From assembly GCA_951406725.2 (NCBI GenBank), contig OX597814.1, positions 152,830,001-152,894,000 of the forward strand: a DNA stretch of 64,000 nt, written 5' to 3'. The DNA is from Octopus vulgaris (Eukaryota). The stretch's first letter is position 1. The number at the start of each line of letters is the position of its first letter. This document shows positions 1 through 12,460 of this stretch, piece by piece. The translations under genes were made by a program, and so were the position numbers. The notes beneath the pieces are model-generated. The model was not told where the DNA came from, ran no database searches, and worked only from the letters and a program-made list of their open reading frames with translations.

Positions 1-787
1 ATACATACTCAGAGAAATATTGTTTGACAATAAAAGCACACAACAGCTTCTTTGCTTTTTCTTTCCTTGTATTCTCCATTCACATGTTTCGTCGAACCTC
101 TATGTTTTCAACAATAAAATTTACGATTTTAAATAGATAAATAGAGAAATAAAACAGGATGGTTTCTTCAAAAACCGATTTTTTTTTCCCCGAAGAGTGA
201 TTCCTTATTTAAGATATATAGAGGTTAGGGTTCTTATCAATTTCTCTTTTTCAAAATTTCCATCATAAACCAAAAGAATTCCCCATATGTTTGTATGTGT
301 GTCTCGATACATAGATACAATACATGGCTCTTTCTTCAGTGTTGCTTTCTGGAGTCCCTGAATGTTTTGGAATTTAGAACATGTATGTATGTATGTATGT
401 ATGTGCATATATGTAAATCGTATGTCCTTCTCAAGCCATAAGCTCGTAAGACCAGTTTCCAAGATTCTGTGACACATTCCCGCTGGACGAGACAACCGTC
501 TGTCGCAGTAGACATACATACATCCTTTGCACGCGTGCATACTTATGTTGATACTATAGGCATGAAGTGAGTATGCGCGTATATGCATAGGTACGCAAAT
601 GTGTATATTTACTGTGAAGTAGTAAGCAACAAACTTTAACTGTGCCTACTATGTTTACCCTCAAAGGCTACAACTTTCTCCTATTTCCCTCTCTTTCTTA
701 ACTCCACCCAATCCTCACTCTTAAATATTTGCCTCTTCCCTTCCTTTTTCTTATTCTTGACCATTTCATTTATCCTTTTATTCTATA

Positions 788-1293
788 CTAGCAGTATCAC
801 CCGGCGTTGCTCGGGTTTGTAAGGGAAATAACTATATAAGCATTTTTAGAGAGTTACTTCCCTTATAGATGCCAATTCGGGCTTTCTTAGCCATTTCTGT
901 TTTGGTGTCTTCAAGCCATGAAGTCGTTGTTCTAAAAGAACGCTGGTCTCTTTGACAACGCATTACGACGTTGATTTCCTTACACTCCCTTCCCCACAGC
1001 TTCACGAGGGAGGGAAGAAGGGGGAGAAGCAAACACAGGTGCAGGTGTTTGAGCGTGGACGCCAACTCCGCCGCCATCGACACACGAAAAATTATGCATT
1101 AAAATGGAATAAAAAATGATGTTAAATTATTTTTAAAATCGTAGACGCGCGCTAATAGCCAGACGGGCTCGATATTAATCACGACTATAAGATACCCGAA
1201 TTTGGTTAAACTGCACCGCAAAATGTGGGAGGAGTTAGGAATCTAAATCGAAGCGGACAGACACTCACACAACTAGAGTTTTATATATATAGA
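788..1293 (-). mobile_element. Non-autonomous Helitron, subfamily A
   Basis: On the minus strand: 5' TCTATATATATAAAA, 3' hairpin CCCGAGCAACGCCGGG followed by CTAG, inserted between A and T; near-identical to 8336-8852. Confidence 0.85.
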
Positions 1294-1400
1294 TATAATT
1301 AAGCAACCACCAGCCAAAACATAATTTAAAGTTGCACTGAAAAGTGTTAGGAGTTATCTGTCCCTTTACTTATTGTCGTATTAAAGTTCTAAATATCCGA

Positions 1401-1512
1401 ATGGCACCAAACAGTATATTCCGGCCAAACCTTTTCAAACATAAAGTAGCAATTGTTACCGGTGGTGCTACTGGACTAGGTTTAGCAATCACAACGGAAC
1501 TATTGCATTTAG
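1401..1512 (+). CDS. PECR: PECR-like SDR, first coding exon copy A ([38 protein letters not shown])
   Basis: ATG at 1401, Rossmann motif [12 protein letters not shown], phase-1 donor G|GTATGG at 1512/1513 compatible with exon 2. Whether it is actually used is unproven. Confidence 0.7.
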
Positions 1513-1740
1513 GTATGGATTTTAGAGAGGTGTTTTCACATTGGGTTTTATTATTGTCAGTACGGTGTTATGAGTAATTTCTTGCTGTTTTTTACCTTCT
1601 AGTTTTTATCCCCCTCCCTTTTTTTATTGATTTCAGTCATTGGAACGTGATTACGCTGGAGCGTTACCTTCAAATTATTTATTTAGTATTTTATTCAGTA
1701 TTTGACCTTGGCATAGTTTCGGTTATTGTGTGCGAAGAGA

Positions 1741-2095
1741 CAGACATACATATACACATACACCGAGTACATACATACATACACACACACACATACATAG
1801 ATACATACACACACACACATACATACATACACACACATACTTACACACACACACACACACACATAGATACATACACACACATACATGCAGACATACATAT
1901 ACACATACACCGAGTAAAAAATTACACTGAATCGACCATACATACATACACACATACATACATACACACACACATACATAGATACATACACACACACACA
2001 TACATACACACATACACACACACACACATACATACACACACACACATACATACATACATACACATACACACATACATAGATACATACACACACAC

Positions 2096-2130
<35 letters not shown>

Positions 2131-2346
2131 CATACACACACACACATACATACACATACACACATACATAGATACATACACACACACACATACATGCAGA
2201 CATACATATACACATACACCGAGTAAAAAATTACGATGAATCGGCCATACATACATACACACACACATACTTACACACACACACATACATAGATACATGC
2301 ATACATACATATACACATACATGCATACATACATATACACATACAC
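1741..2346. repeat. Compound (CA)n/(CATA)n microsatellite with recurring CACATACACCGAGTA spacer
   Basis: Visible in sequence; source of the HT/VCMY ORFs. Confidence 0.95.
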
Positions 2347-3593
2347 CGAATAAAAAATCAGTTATCTCTCTTTCACACATTACTCTCTCTGTCTCTTCAC
2401 ACACACTAACAGAAGCACTTCACTTACACAACATACTGTCTGTCTCCCACACCCCATCAAACACACACAGGCCGATTTCAAAGTGAAACCTTCTCGTCAT
2501 AAAATCGCTTCCTCTTAGTCTCTTTCGCTCTCATTACTTATGTAAAAAAATAAAAGTTTTTTACGGAAATCGACGGAAATCTGCGCTACGACATGCGAAA
2601 CTTCGCCATATCGTATATACTCGGTTATAAGTTGCACTTTACTCCCCTGAAATTTTCACCTTAAGTTGGGGGTGCGACTTATACTTGGAATAACCAAAAA
2701 GGATAAAGTATTACATTATAAACAATGGTTTCTAAAGTGCTGGACTGGGGCTAATGCAATTTCGCACCTCTCCTTAAAAAATGCATTTTTTGAATAACTT
2801 TTTTCGAATTCCTACGTTTTAGATGTCGAAAAAGCAAAAAAAAAAAAAAAGATTAACCCCCAACCCTAACCCTTACACCTTAACCCCGTAAAGTTCTTTT
2901 CTTTTTTATATATATGTGGGGTTAGGGTTAGGGGAAAAGGGTTCCTTTTTTCTTCAGAAATGTAAATAAACCCACGGTACTTGTACCGAAAGATCGCCGT
3001 CAATTTTTTTGCAGGTTCGTATTCTCCAAAGCCGAAAACGGGGGTTTGTGTAGAGAAAAAAATTAAATAAAAAAGGGGTGTTTTTAGGGGGAGGATACAA
3101 AAGGAAGTCTTGCTGTCGCCACATTTAGTTGACAAATATATTTTATGAATAAATGGACAGGGAATAAATAGATAGACAGACAAATAAATAGATAGATGAA
3201 AAAAACTTCAGAATTTAAAATTAGAGGAGGGGTGAAATTTGAGCCTCTTTTTAAACTTTGGTATTCCTTCGTTTTGACTCGATTTTTGTAAACATACTTC
3301 TCGGTAATTTCCGTGAACACGTGTTGTCTTGTCAACAGTCAGTTGACAAAATATGAAGAGAAAGCTAATGGGTTGTATGTGCGTGGATTGTTCCCCTGTC
3401 TATGTGTACGTGCTTGTTCTTTGTGTGTGTGTGTGTGCATGGATGCGTGCTTACACGGAGGAACAAGCATGCACACACAAAGAACAAGCACGTACACACA
3501 GAGGAACAAGCACGCATGCACACACACACAGGGGAACAAGCATGTATACACAGACATTGGAACAAGCACACAGGCACGTACAACCTATTAGCT

Positions 3594-4337
3594 TAGTGAA
3601 CGTGACCTGGGTGTTATTGTCGACAGTGATTTGCGTTGGACAAAACACATCGCTAAAATTGTCAAGAAGGCTGAGGGTGTCTTGGCATCACTCACCAAAT
3701 CCTTTGTGAGCCGCTCTCCGGCTATCTATCTCCGGCTTTATATAGCTATGGTAAGACCTCACCTGGAATTTGCATCACCGGTCTGGAACCCCTATCTTGC
3801 CCAGGATATCAATCGTCTGGAAGCTGTTCAGCGACGTGCAACCAAAAGAATACCCTCCATCAGGCATTTACCATATCCTGAACGCCTTACTTCCCTGGGC
3901 ATGGACACATTGAAACTCCGACGTCTGGCAGCTGACTTGGCAGACTCACATAAAATTATCAACCATCGCACAAACAATAACTCTGAGCACCTTTTCAAAC
4001 TCCACCCATCTAACACCCGTGGACATATTTACAAAGTCAGAAAACAGCACAGCTCCCATGACTTCAGGAAACATTTTTTCACGCTGAGAGTTGCTGAAGC
4101 GTGGAACAAACTGCCGGCATCGGTTGTTAGTTGTCGGAGCACTGCATCCTTCAAGACTTCCATGCTTCCTGAGATTCGCCAACACTACACTTGATTTTCT
4201 CCCCTCCATACACACACAAGCATGTATCTGACTCATACATTGTTCACTTTCCAGACATTTCTACATTACTGTATGCACTTTCTGACAAGTTGTGGTGCAC
4301 CTGTGCACTGTATACAATTAATTTCATTATTATTATT
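3594..4337 (+). mobile_element. CR1-clade LINE, 5'-truncated 3' end
   Basis: ORF 3631..4194 with VRPHLEFASPVWNP, LEAVQRRATKRI, TRGH, FFTLRVAEAWNKLP; (TTA)n tail. Confidence 0.9.
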
Positions 4338-4649
4338 CTTCCCATTTCGTCAACTGACAGTTGACAAGACAACACATGTTCACAGAAATTACCAAGAAGG
4401 ATGTTTACAAAAATCGAGTAAAAACATTAATGTTTGTTTCTCATGAAATAGTGTATATTTAGAGCAGTTGTATACTGTCAACTTAATGTGACAGTCCCAT
4501 AAAGGGAATCACACCACTGCTATTTAGCCCTAGGAAGTATCAACGCTTCCTGTCGGCCATGACAAATTTCCTGTGTCCTTATGTCTACAAAGGGGAGACA
4601 AGCATCTCCATCCAGCTAAGCCTGCATCCAGAGACATGTTGACACGTTG

Positions 4650-7600
4650 AGGTGGTACTTCAGTAGCATGGCTTCAATGCTGGGGATCTCGGCCTGCTTC
4701 AAGACATCAATGTTTGTGACAAAGTCACTCCAGTGAATGTTGAGGATGGTGTGGAGACATTGCTGGTGGAAGCGCTCGAGGAGACGGATGTGACTGCGGT
4801 AAGTGATCCAGGTCTCCGAGCCGTAGAGAAGAGTGGTGAGAACCACGGCCCTGTAGACACTGATCTTTGTTTTGTTCTTCAGGCCACCATTGTGCCAAAC
4901 ATGTTTGTACAATCTGCCAAAGGAGCTATTTGCCTTAGAAAGTCTATTGTTAATTTCCTTGTCAATCCTTGCATCGGATAAGATGATGCAGCCCAGGTAT
5001 GTAAACTGCTGTATTGATTTCAGTTTGGTACTGCAGATAGTGATGTGGGGTGGGCGGTATTCTTCTTGGGGTGTAGGTTGGTGAAGTACTTCCGTCTTCT
5101 TGAGGCTGACCTCCAGGCCAAAGAACTGCAAGGCGTCTGCAAAGCAGGACATGATGTGCTGCAGAGCTTGCTCTGTGTGGGTGACAAGGACAGTGTCGTC
5201 TGCAAAGAGAAGGTCTTGAATCAACCTCTCCTGGGTCTTGGTGTGGGCTTGGAGGCGCCGTAGATTGAAGAGACTGCCATCTAGACAATACCTAACATAC
5301 ACCCATCCTCATCCTCCATATCTTCAGTTGCATGCTTGATCATCATGCTGAAGAGAGTCGGTGCCAGGACGCAACCCTGCTTCACGCCGTTGGAAATGTG
5401 GAAGGGCTCTGACAGATCAGCATTGATTCTGATCTGACCACACTGATTCTTGTGCAGTTGGATCACCATCTGTAGAAACTTGGTGGGACAGCCAAGTCGT
5501 TCCAGGATGAGCCATAGTCCTGTCCTGCTCACTGTGTCAAATGCTTTTGTAAGATCGGCGAAAGTAGCATAGAGCCCCCTGTTTTGTTCTCGGCACTTCT
5601 CCTGGAGTTGGCGGAGGATGAACACCATATCCGTTGTGCCTCCGTTGGCCCTGAAGCTACACTGGCTCTCGGGGAGGTTTTTTTCAGCGATGGTTGGTAC
5701 TAGCCTATTGAGCAGGATCCTGGCAAGTACTTAGCTGGCGATGGAGAGTAGGGTGATTCCCCGGTAATTGGAGCAGTCCGACTTTTCACCCTTGTTCTTG
5801 TACAGGATTATGATGACGGCAACGCGAAGATCCTGTGGCAGCATGCTCTGGTCCCAGCAGCAGACAAAATCATGGAGCATTGGACCTCCATTCTTCCAGA
5901 TTTCTGGTGGGATGCTGTCAACTCCTGCTGCTTTGCGACTCTTGAGTTTTCCTATGGCTTCAATCGTTTCTTCGAAGGTGGGTGGTTTGTTGAGCTCCTC
6001 TTTGAGTAGAAGTTGAGGAATGCGAAGGATGGCAGCGTCCTGTACAGTACGGATAGCACTGAAGAGGCTTTGGAAGTGCTTGGACCAGCGAGCGAGAATG
6101 GAGGTTTTATCGGTGAGGAGGTCCTGTCCATCTGAACTGCGTAGGGGACTCTGGACCAGGTGGGTGGGACCATACACTGCTTTCAGAGCCTCATAGAAGC
6201 CTCTATAGTCTCCGAGGTCAGTGCACAGCTGTGTTCTCCACACCAGGTGGTCCCACCACTTGTTCTGCATTTCTCAGGGTGCTGCATGCGTACCGAAAGG
6301 CAGTTTTCTTCACAAGACAGGCTGCTTGTGCGAAGTGGGCCTGATGAGCTGCCCTCTTCCTTGCTAGTAACTCCTGGATCTCCTTGTCATTTTTATCGAA
6401 CCAGTCCTTGTTTTTTTTTTTTTTGTGTGCCCAAGAACTTCCATAGATGTCTTAAGGATGGCTGATTTCAGGTCCTCCCACAAGGTGTCTAGGGTAGTGT
6501 CATCAGTGCAGGGGGATTCGTCTAGTTTTTGCTGCAGGTTTGCTTGGAACTTGATTTTCACTTCCTCCCAGCACAAGCTGTTGACATTGAGTTTCTTTAT
6601 GGGGTTACCTTTCTTCTTGGGTTTGGGTTTGAACTGCAGTTTGGGCTTGCAGCGGACAAGGCGATGGTTGGTGTGGAACTTTGCCCTGGGCATCACTCTT
6701 GTGTGTAGAACGTCTTTCAGGTCCTGCTGGCGCACAAGCACATAGTCAAGTAGATGCCAATGTTTGGACCGGGGATGCATCCAAGTTGTTTTCAAACGAT
6801 CTTTCTGTTGGAAGATTGTGTTGGTAATAGCAAGTTGGTGCTCTGTGCAGAACTCAAGCAAGAGGTGCCCGTTGTCATTACAGCCACCAATGCCGTGTCT
6901 TCCAAGGACTCCTTTCCAAGACTCAGAGTCCTTCCCAACTCTTGCGTTGAAGTCGCCAAGGATCAGGGCTGTTGTTCAAGAGTCTGCGCAGATCAGAATA
7001 GAAGCTGTCTTTGTCCACGGGATCTGCCAGAAGAGTTGGAGCATAAAGACTGAAGAAAGTGAGGTGTTGTTTGCTCTCCAGTGGTAGGCGCATGGATATG
7101 ATGCGGTCTGAGTGGCCCGTGGGTAACGTTTCCAGTTTGGAGGTGATGGAATTCCTCACCGAGTCCTACACCCGACACACGTTTTTCAGATGATGGTTTT
7201 CCGGACCAGAAGAGAGTGTAGCCAGCGCTGCGTTCTTTGAGGCTGCCCTCGTCAGCAAAGCTGTAGCCAGCGCCGCGTTCTTTGAGGCTGCGCTCGTCAG
7301 CGAAGAGGACCTCGCTGAGAGCTGCTATGTCAATGTTGAGACGGGAGAGTTCATGGGCTATGAGAGCCAAACGACGTTCCCGGTGGCTGCTGTCAGCCTT
7401 GTCAAGCATGGTCCTGACATTCCAGCAGGCAACTTTCAACTCCTGCTTACTTTTCTTTGGTTTTGTTTCCATGTTTGTTCGATCGCTCTGAAGATGCCCG
7501 TTAACTGCGGTTAGCCAACTGGGTATAGAGGAGACGAGCTTTGTTTAGGCGAACCTTTTCTACTGCCCCTCTCCATGTGGAGCAGGCAGTGCTCTCCCTA

Positions 7601-8330
7601 AATAGGGCTGCCTGGTCGCTCAGGATGCTGCCGAGTGGTGTCGTTGCCTCCGGTCGACAACCAGGCGACCAAAGTCCTAAGCTGCCTACATATAGGGTTG
7701 AGACTACGGCTTCCAGTGACATCTTCCACCTGCCGCTTTCGCCCCTTTCCCATCGCTGCAGGGCTTTTAGGATGGCTGGTCACAGAACATGGACATATCC
7801 TTTGGCTTGCACTAGGGAGTTTTTTAAGGTGAAGTGCAGTGCGCACAAATTGGCCCTACCCTTTAAGCATGAGGTTCATCTGCCATGGCCTAGCGAGCTG
7901 GGACAGTGACAGCGAGATCCTCGGGCCGTAGGTTTGAAGTCGGAGTTCCTCTCCTAGGAGGGTTGCCAACCATGGCTGACGAGCCCCTCCTGCCCATGCC
8001 ATTCAAACCATGGCGAAAGAGAGAAAAGGATCCATGGTTTTCAGTAGGCGTATACTACCCGGTTGCCTAGGCCGGAGTAGGGGGTTAGCTTAGGAGACCC
8101 CGTCCGGAGCCTTTGACTAAAATGTCTATTTACAAGGCCGCAGAGCATTGGATGGCCGTTGACTACGCTGTAGTTCTTCGTCCCGTTGACAGGTCCTTAT
8201 TTTTTTTTGTCCTGCGGGTGTCCAGCAAACACCCGCCTCACCGAGCAAGCCTGGTGGGGTTGCCAGTTTAGTCGCCGACGACCCGACCATGTAACAGGTT
8301 GTACTGGACTACATGGTACCAGTAGTTGAC
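4650..8330 (-). mobile_element. RTE-clade LINE, near full length, frameshifted and 3'-truncated (APE endonuclease + RT)
   Basis: Collinear ORF pieces: [76 protein letters not shown]; GC-rich putative 5' UTR to about 8330. Confidence 0.92.
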
Positions 8331-8335
8331 AAATA

Positions 8336-8852
8336 TCTATATATATAAAACTGTAGTTGTGTGAGTGTCTGTCTCCTACGATTTAGATTCCTAACTCCTC
8401 CCACATTTTGCGGTGCAGTTTAACCAAATTCGGGTATCTTATAGTCGTGATTAATATCGAGCCCGTCTGGCTATTAGCGTGCGTCTACGATGAGTCTACG
8501 ATTTTAAAAATGATTTAACATTATTTTTTATTCCATTTTAATGCATAATTTTTCGTGTGTCGATGGCGGCGGAGTTGGCGTCCACGCTCAAACACCTGCA
8601 CCTATGTTTGCTTCTCCCCCTTCTTCCCTCCCTCGTGAAGCTGTGGGGAAGGGAGTGTAAGGAAATCAACGTCGTAATGCGTTGTCAAGGAGACCAGCGT
8701 TCTTTTAGAACAACGACTTCATGGCTTGAAGACACCAAAACAGAAATGGCTAAGAAAGCCCGAATTGGCATCTATAAAGGAAGTAACTCTCTAAAAATGC
8801 TTATATAGTTATTTCCCTTACAAACCCGAGCAACGCCGGGCGATACTGCTAG
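8336..8852 (+). mobile_element. Non-autonomous Helitron, subfamily A (unit 1 of tandem array)
   Basis: A|TCTATATATATAAAA start, CCCGAGCAACGCCGGG hairpin, CTAG end. Confidence 0.88.
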
Positions 8853-9251
8853 TCTTTATATATAAAAGAGAAGTTGTGTGTCTGTTTCCTACGATTTAGA
8901 TTCCTAACTACTTCCACATTTTGCGGTGCAGTTTAACCAAAACCGGGTATCTTATAGTCGTGATTCATATCGAGCCCTTCTGAGTATTAGCGCGCGTCTA
9001 CGATGAGTCTACGATTTAAAAAAAAATTTACCATAATTTTTTTCCATTTTAATGCATATTTTTTCGCTATTATATAAGGGAAGTAACTCTCTAAAATGTC
9101 TACGATGAGTCAATGATTTAAAAAAAAATTTACCATCATTATTTTTCCATTTTTAATGCATTTTTTTGCTATTTTTTGGCTATAACTCTCTAAAAATGCT
9201 CATATAGTTATTTCCCTTTCAAACCCGAGCAACGCCGGGCGATACTGCTAG
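8853..9251 (+). mobile_element. Non-autonomous Helitron, subfamily B (unit 2 of tandem array)
   Basis: TCTTTATATATAAAAG start directly after the previous CTAG; same hairpin and CTAG end; related to 19118-19517. Confidence 0.85.
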
Positions 9252-9430
9252 TCTATATATATAAAACTGTAGTTGTGTGAGTGTCTGTCTCCTACGATTT
9301 AGATTCCTAACTCCTCCCACATTTTGCGGTGCAGTTTAACTAAATTCGGGTATCTTATAGTTGTGATTAAAAGAATGCTGGTCTCCTTGACAACGCATTA
9401 CGACGTTGATTTCCTTAAACTCCCTTCCCC
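9252..9430 (+). mobile_element. Helitron subfamily A, internally deleted and truncated (unit 3)
   Basis: TCTATATATATAAAACTGTAG start matches unit 1; cut off by a (GAT)n-tailed retro-fragment at about 9432-9548. Confidence 0.8.
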
Positions 9431-10559
9431 TGGAAACACTGCCAGATCAGACTGGAGCCTGGCGCAGCCACCTGGCTTCCCAGACCCCCGTCGAACCGTC
9501 CAACCCATGCTAGCATGAAAAACGGACATTAAACAATGATGATGATGAACCTCTGCCCAAACTGTGTATGTACTGACTTGAAATCTTACAGTGCATTTCA
9601 AAGTGTAATATCCTGCATAAAAATTGATTTAATCTCTGCTTGTATCTTTCAATGTATCCTGCTTTTGTATGTGTTGCACACCTACCCGATTATTATCTCA
9701 AATGCACTTCTGCCTGAATTGTGTATGTCCTGCCATGAAATCTTATAGTGTATTTCAAAGTGTAATATCCTGCATTAAAATTGACTTAATCTTTATCTGT
9801 TTGTATTGTTTTTCCTTTTGTTTACATCGTGTACATGCCTTGTTATGGATTACGTTAGGGTTAGAGCTATGGTTTAGAATTAGGGTTAGATAACATACTA
9901 AAGTGTAAATGGCCATGTATGCTGTATGCTAAAGTGGCACTAAAGATTAATTGAAACAGATTACCTATCAGAAATTAAGTCATGGAAAGGTTAGCAGCAT
10001 CAATATACTTTACTTCACATTTCTATGTTTCTGAGGGCAATAAAATAAAATACTAGATAAGAAAGTACTGGGTCAATATAGTTGACTAATTGTGTCCTCC
10101 TATAAAATTTCTTGCTTTGTGCCTTTGCTAGAAATTCTTGTTAGTACTATTATATAGTGCAAGCAAGAGAAAAAATGCAGGCTTTCCCAAACTGTTAATG
10201 TGAATGTAGATGGTGTTTTTTTTATTTTCAAATTCTGTAAATTAATGTCTGAAGAAAAAGAGATTCCTTGTAGAGGTTGCCATTCTGGAGAGAAATGATT
10301 GGATAAAATATTTAGTATAAGGTTTGAGTTGTGATGTGGGCTCAGTTTGGTATAGTATACAGCTTATTAATTCACAGAATTAGCAGAGGCTGTTTTTCCT
10401 TTTTTTTTTTAGTTTCTTCTGTTTTATTTGAACAATTTGGCTGGACAAAGGGGCTGTATCCTTGTCTTTTGCATTCCTTCTGAGACGAAAGGCAAGAGCT
10501 GTGCCTATGGTCTTTGCAGACTACTCAAAACTAATAAGATTGACACAGTTGATCTTGAA

Positions 10560-11190
10560 TAATATCATGTTGATGGCTGCCGAAGAAAAAATATGGGCAC
10601 AGGAATTTCATAAGGCTGATAATCTGGTAAGAAAGGATTTAATGCTTGGTTTGCAGGTGAAATACAACCTACTTGGGTCAAAGAGACACACAACATCAAT
10701 TATATAACGCATGTTGTTCACCTTTGCCACTAACACTAGATTCAGCTTGTTATACTCTAGCACTTGATCTATTTGGATTGGGAAATCCCACAGGATTTTG
10801 CAGGTCTCCAGCACCACCACTCTCTGCGGTTTGTGTTCATAACATGTCTTGCCTTTTTTTGGACCTTACTTTTCACATAGTTTCCAGTGTAGCACTTTCA
10901 CTACCTCATTGTGTCGCTACATCTTATAGTGGTTTTGAGCAAGTCTAGGGTATTTGTTCACAATACAGGCAATGATTTTGTCCACTCTATTACAGATACA
11001 CTACAGTGGAGATGCTTGCTCATTCCTACAGTTGACACTCCAATTTGAGGCCAAAGCTTGGTCTTGTGCTGCCACTTTGGTGCTCTCAGTCTCTTTTTTC
11101 AGTGCTTCTTTCTTCAGCCAAACCCATCAATTTTTTCCAGCAACTTCTGTTGTAGCGGCATGAAATTGATCATGTAGACCCTTACCACAT
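10560..11190 (-). mobile_element. Degenerate RLE-type non-LTR retrotransposon fragment (R4/Dong-like)
   Basis: ORF 10608..10820 KILWDFPIQID...YIIDVVCLFD resembles the restriction-like endonuclease region; upstream AAQDQAL. Confidence 0.6.
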
Positions 11191-12149
11191 AGTGCTTCTT
11201 CATATCATTTTTGTACTTGTTGTTATTATTGATATTGATATTGTCCTCCATGCTTATTACAAATTCCTGCATTGTCATTATTTATTATCATCACCATCAT
11301 CGATGTGTGAGCGCATGTGTATTTGTGTGTATGTGTGTGTGCATATGTATGTAGTGCATGTTTGTAGTGTGTATGTATGCATATGTATGTAGTGTGTGTG
11401 CTTTGAGTGTAGTCGTTGGTTATAGCCAGTCAGAAAATTACTATTTGTTTCACGTCTATTGTTGCTCTTAGTAATATAAGCAACTCGTCAGACCTTCTGG
11501 CCAGAGTTACATAACCGATTTACTAATAGAAGTAAAAATTTGGTCTTGGTCAGCTTGATGGTAAAAAAAACCTGAAATGAAATTTTTACGAAATAAAAAC
11601 CCCTACTTGGAGAGATGAATTTACCTCCTTTTAATGGTTCCAGTTGTGTCCAAAAAGCATCAGTTTATGTGTTTTCTGTTCACTAGTCAGCAAGCAGAGA
11701 AGCCCACATTTCCAACACGAATTTTCTATCATGATGACACCGACTAAACACCACTTTTTGAATTTAACAAGGCACTCAGATCAAGCGAATTTTTTTTAGG
11801 ACCCTTGCTGTCTTGGTTAAGCAAGGTTTATCATCTGCTGTCATTGAGGTATGGCCTAGGCTGTTCCAGGAGTTCCCATTTAACCCTGCATAGCATTCCA
11901 TCTTCTTTTAAATGCCACATATTGTTGGCCTATGCTATTACATTGCACCTCTCCAGGATCCTAAAAGAGCTTAATGGGGCCCGTTGTTCCAACATATTTC
12001 TGTGTATATGTCCCTAGGTTGCTGGCGATGTTGTTGTTTTTACTGCTACCGTGGTTGGTGTTACTGCTACTGCCAGACACCACCTCTACTTCATGGACTA
12101 TGGCCTTGGAGTTCCATCGACTGCCTACTAGGCCCTGACAGTTAACCCT

Positions 12150-12460
12150 GCATGAGCATTTGGAGGACATGATAAAATAGAAGAATCAAATAATAAAGAT
12201 AATTTTCTGACTATATGTGAAGCAGCAGCGGAATTCAATGGTTGTTTAAGATCGCATCTAGATTCCATGGGGAAAAATTCCAATTGCACATTTTCTGGAT
12301 TTTCAAGTGATAATTCAAAACGAGATCATTAATTGTATAGCTGCTACAATTGAAGGTTAGATTTAGGCAATGATCAAAAACAACAACAACAGTATTTGTT
12401 GCTGTTAAGTTTGATGAAATTACAGATCTTCAAATGAAATCTCAAGTGTTATGTGTTTTT
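12150..12460 (+). mobile_element. Degenerate hAT (Tip100/ZMYM1-like) transposase fragment
   Basis: Hand translation across frameshifts: AFGGHDKIEESNNKDNFL ... IQNEIINCIA ... FVAVKFDEITDLQMKSQV. Confidence 0.6.

Noticed and set aside
832-1083. Duplicated 83-aa ORF (also 8557..8808)
   Set aside because: Internal sequence of a non-autonomous Helitron; no recognisable domain; non-ATG start.
1344-1577. 77-aa single-exon ORF as a standalone gene
   Set aside because: Only 1401-1512 is SDR-like; the rest is GTG-started upstream sequence and intron read-through.
1647-2346. HT-rich and VCMY-rich ORFs (also 21177-21560, 33028-33559, 39009-39375)
   Set aside because: Microsatellite artefacts.
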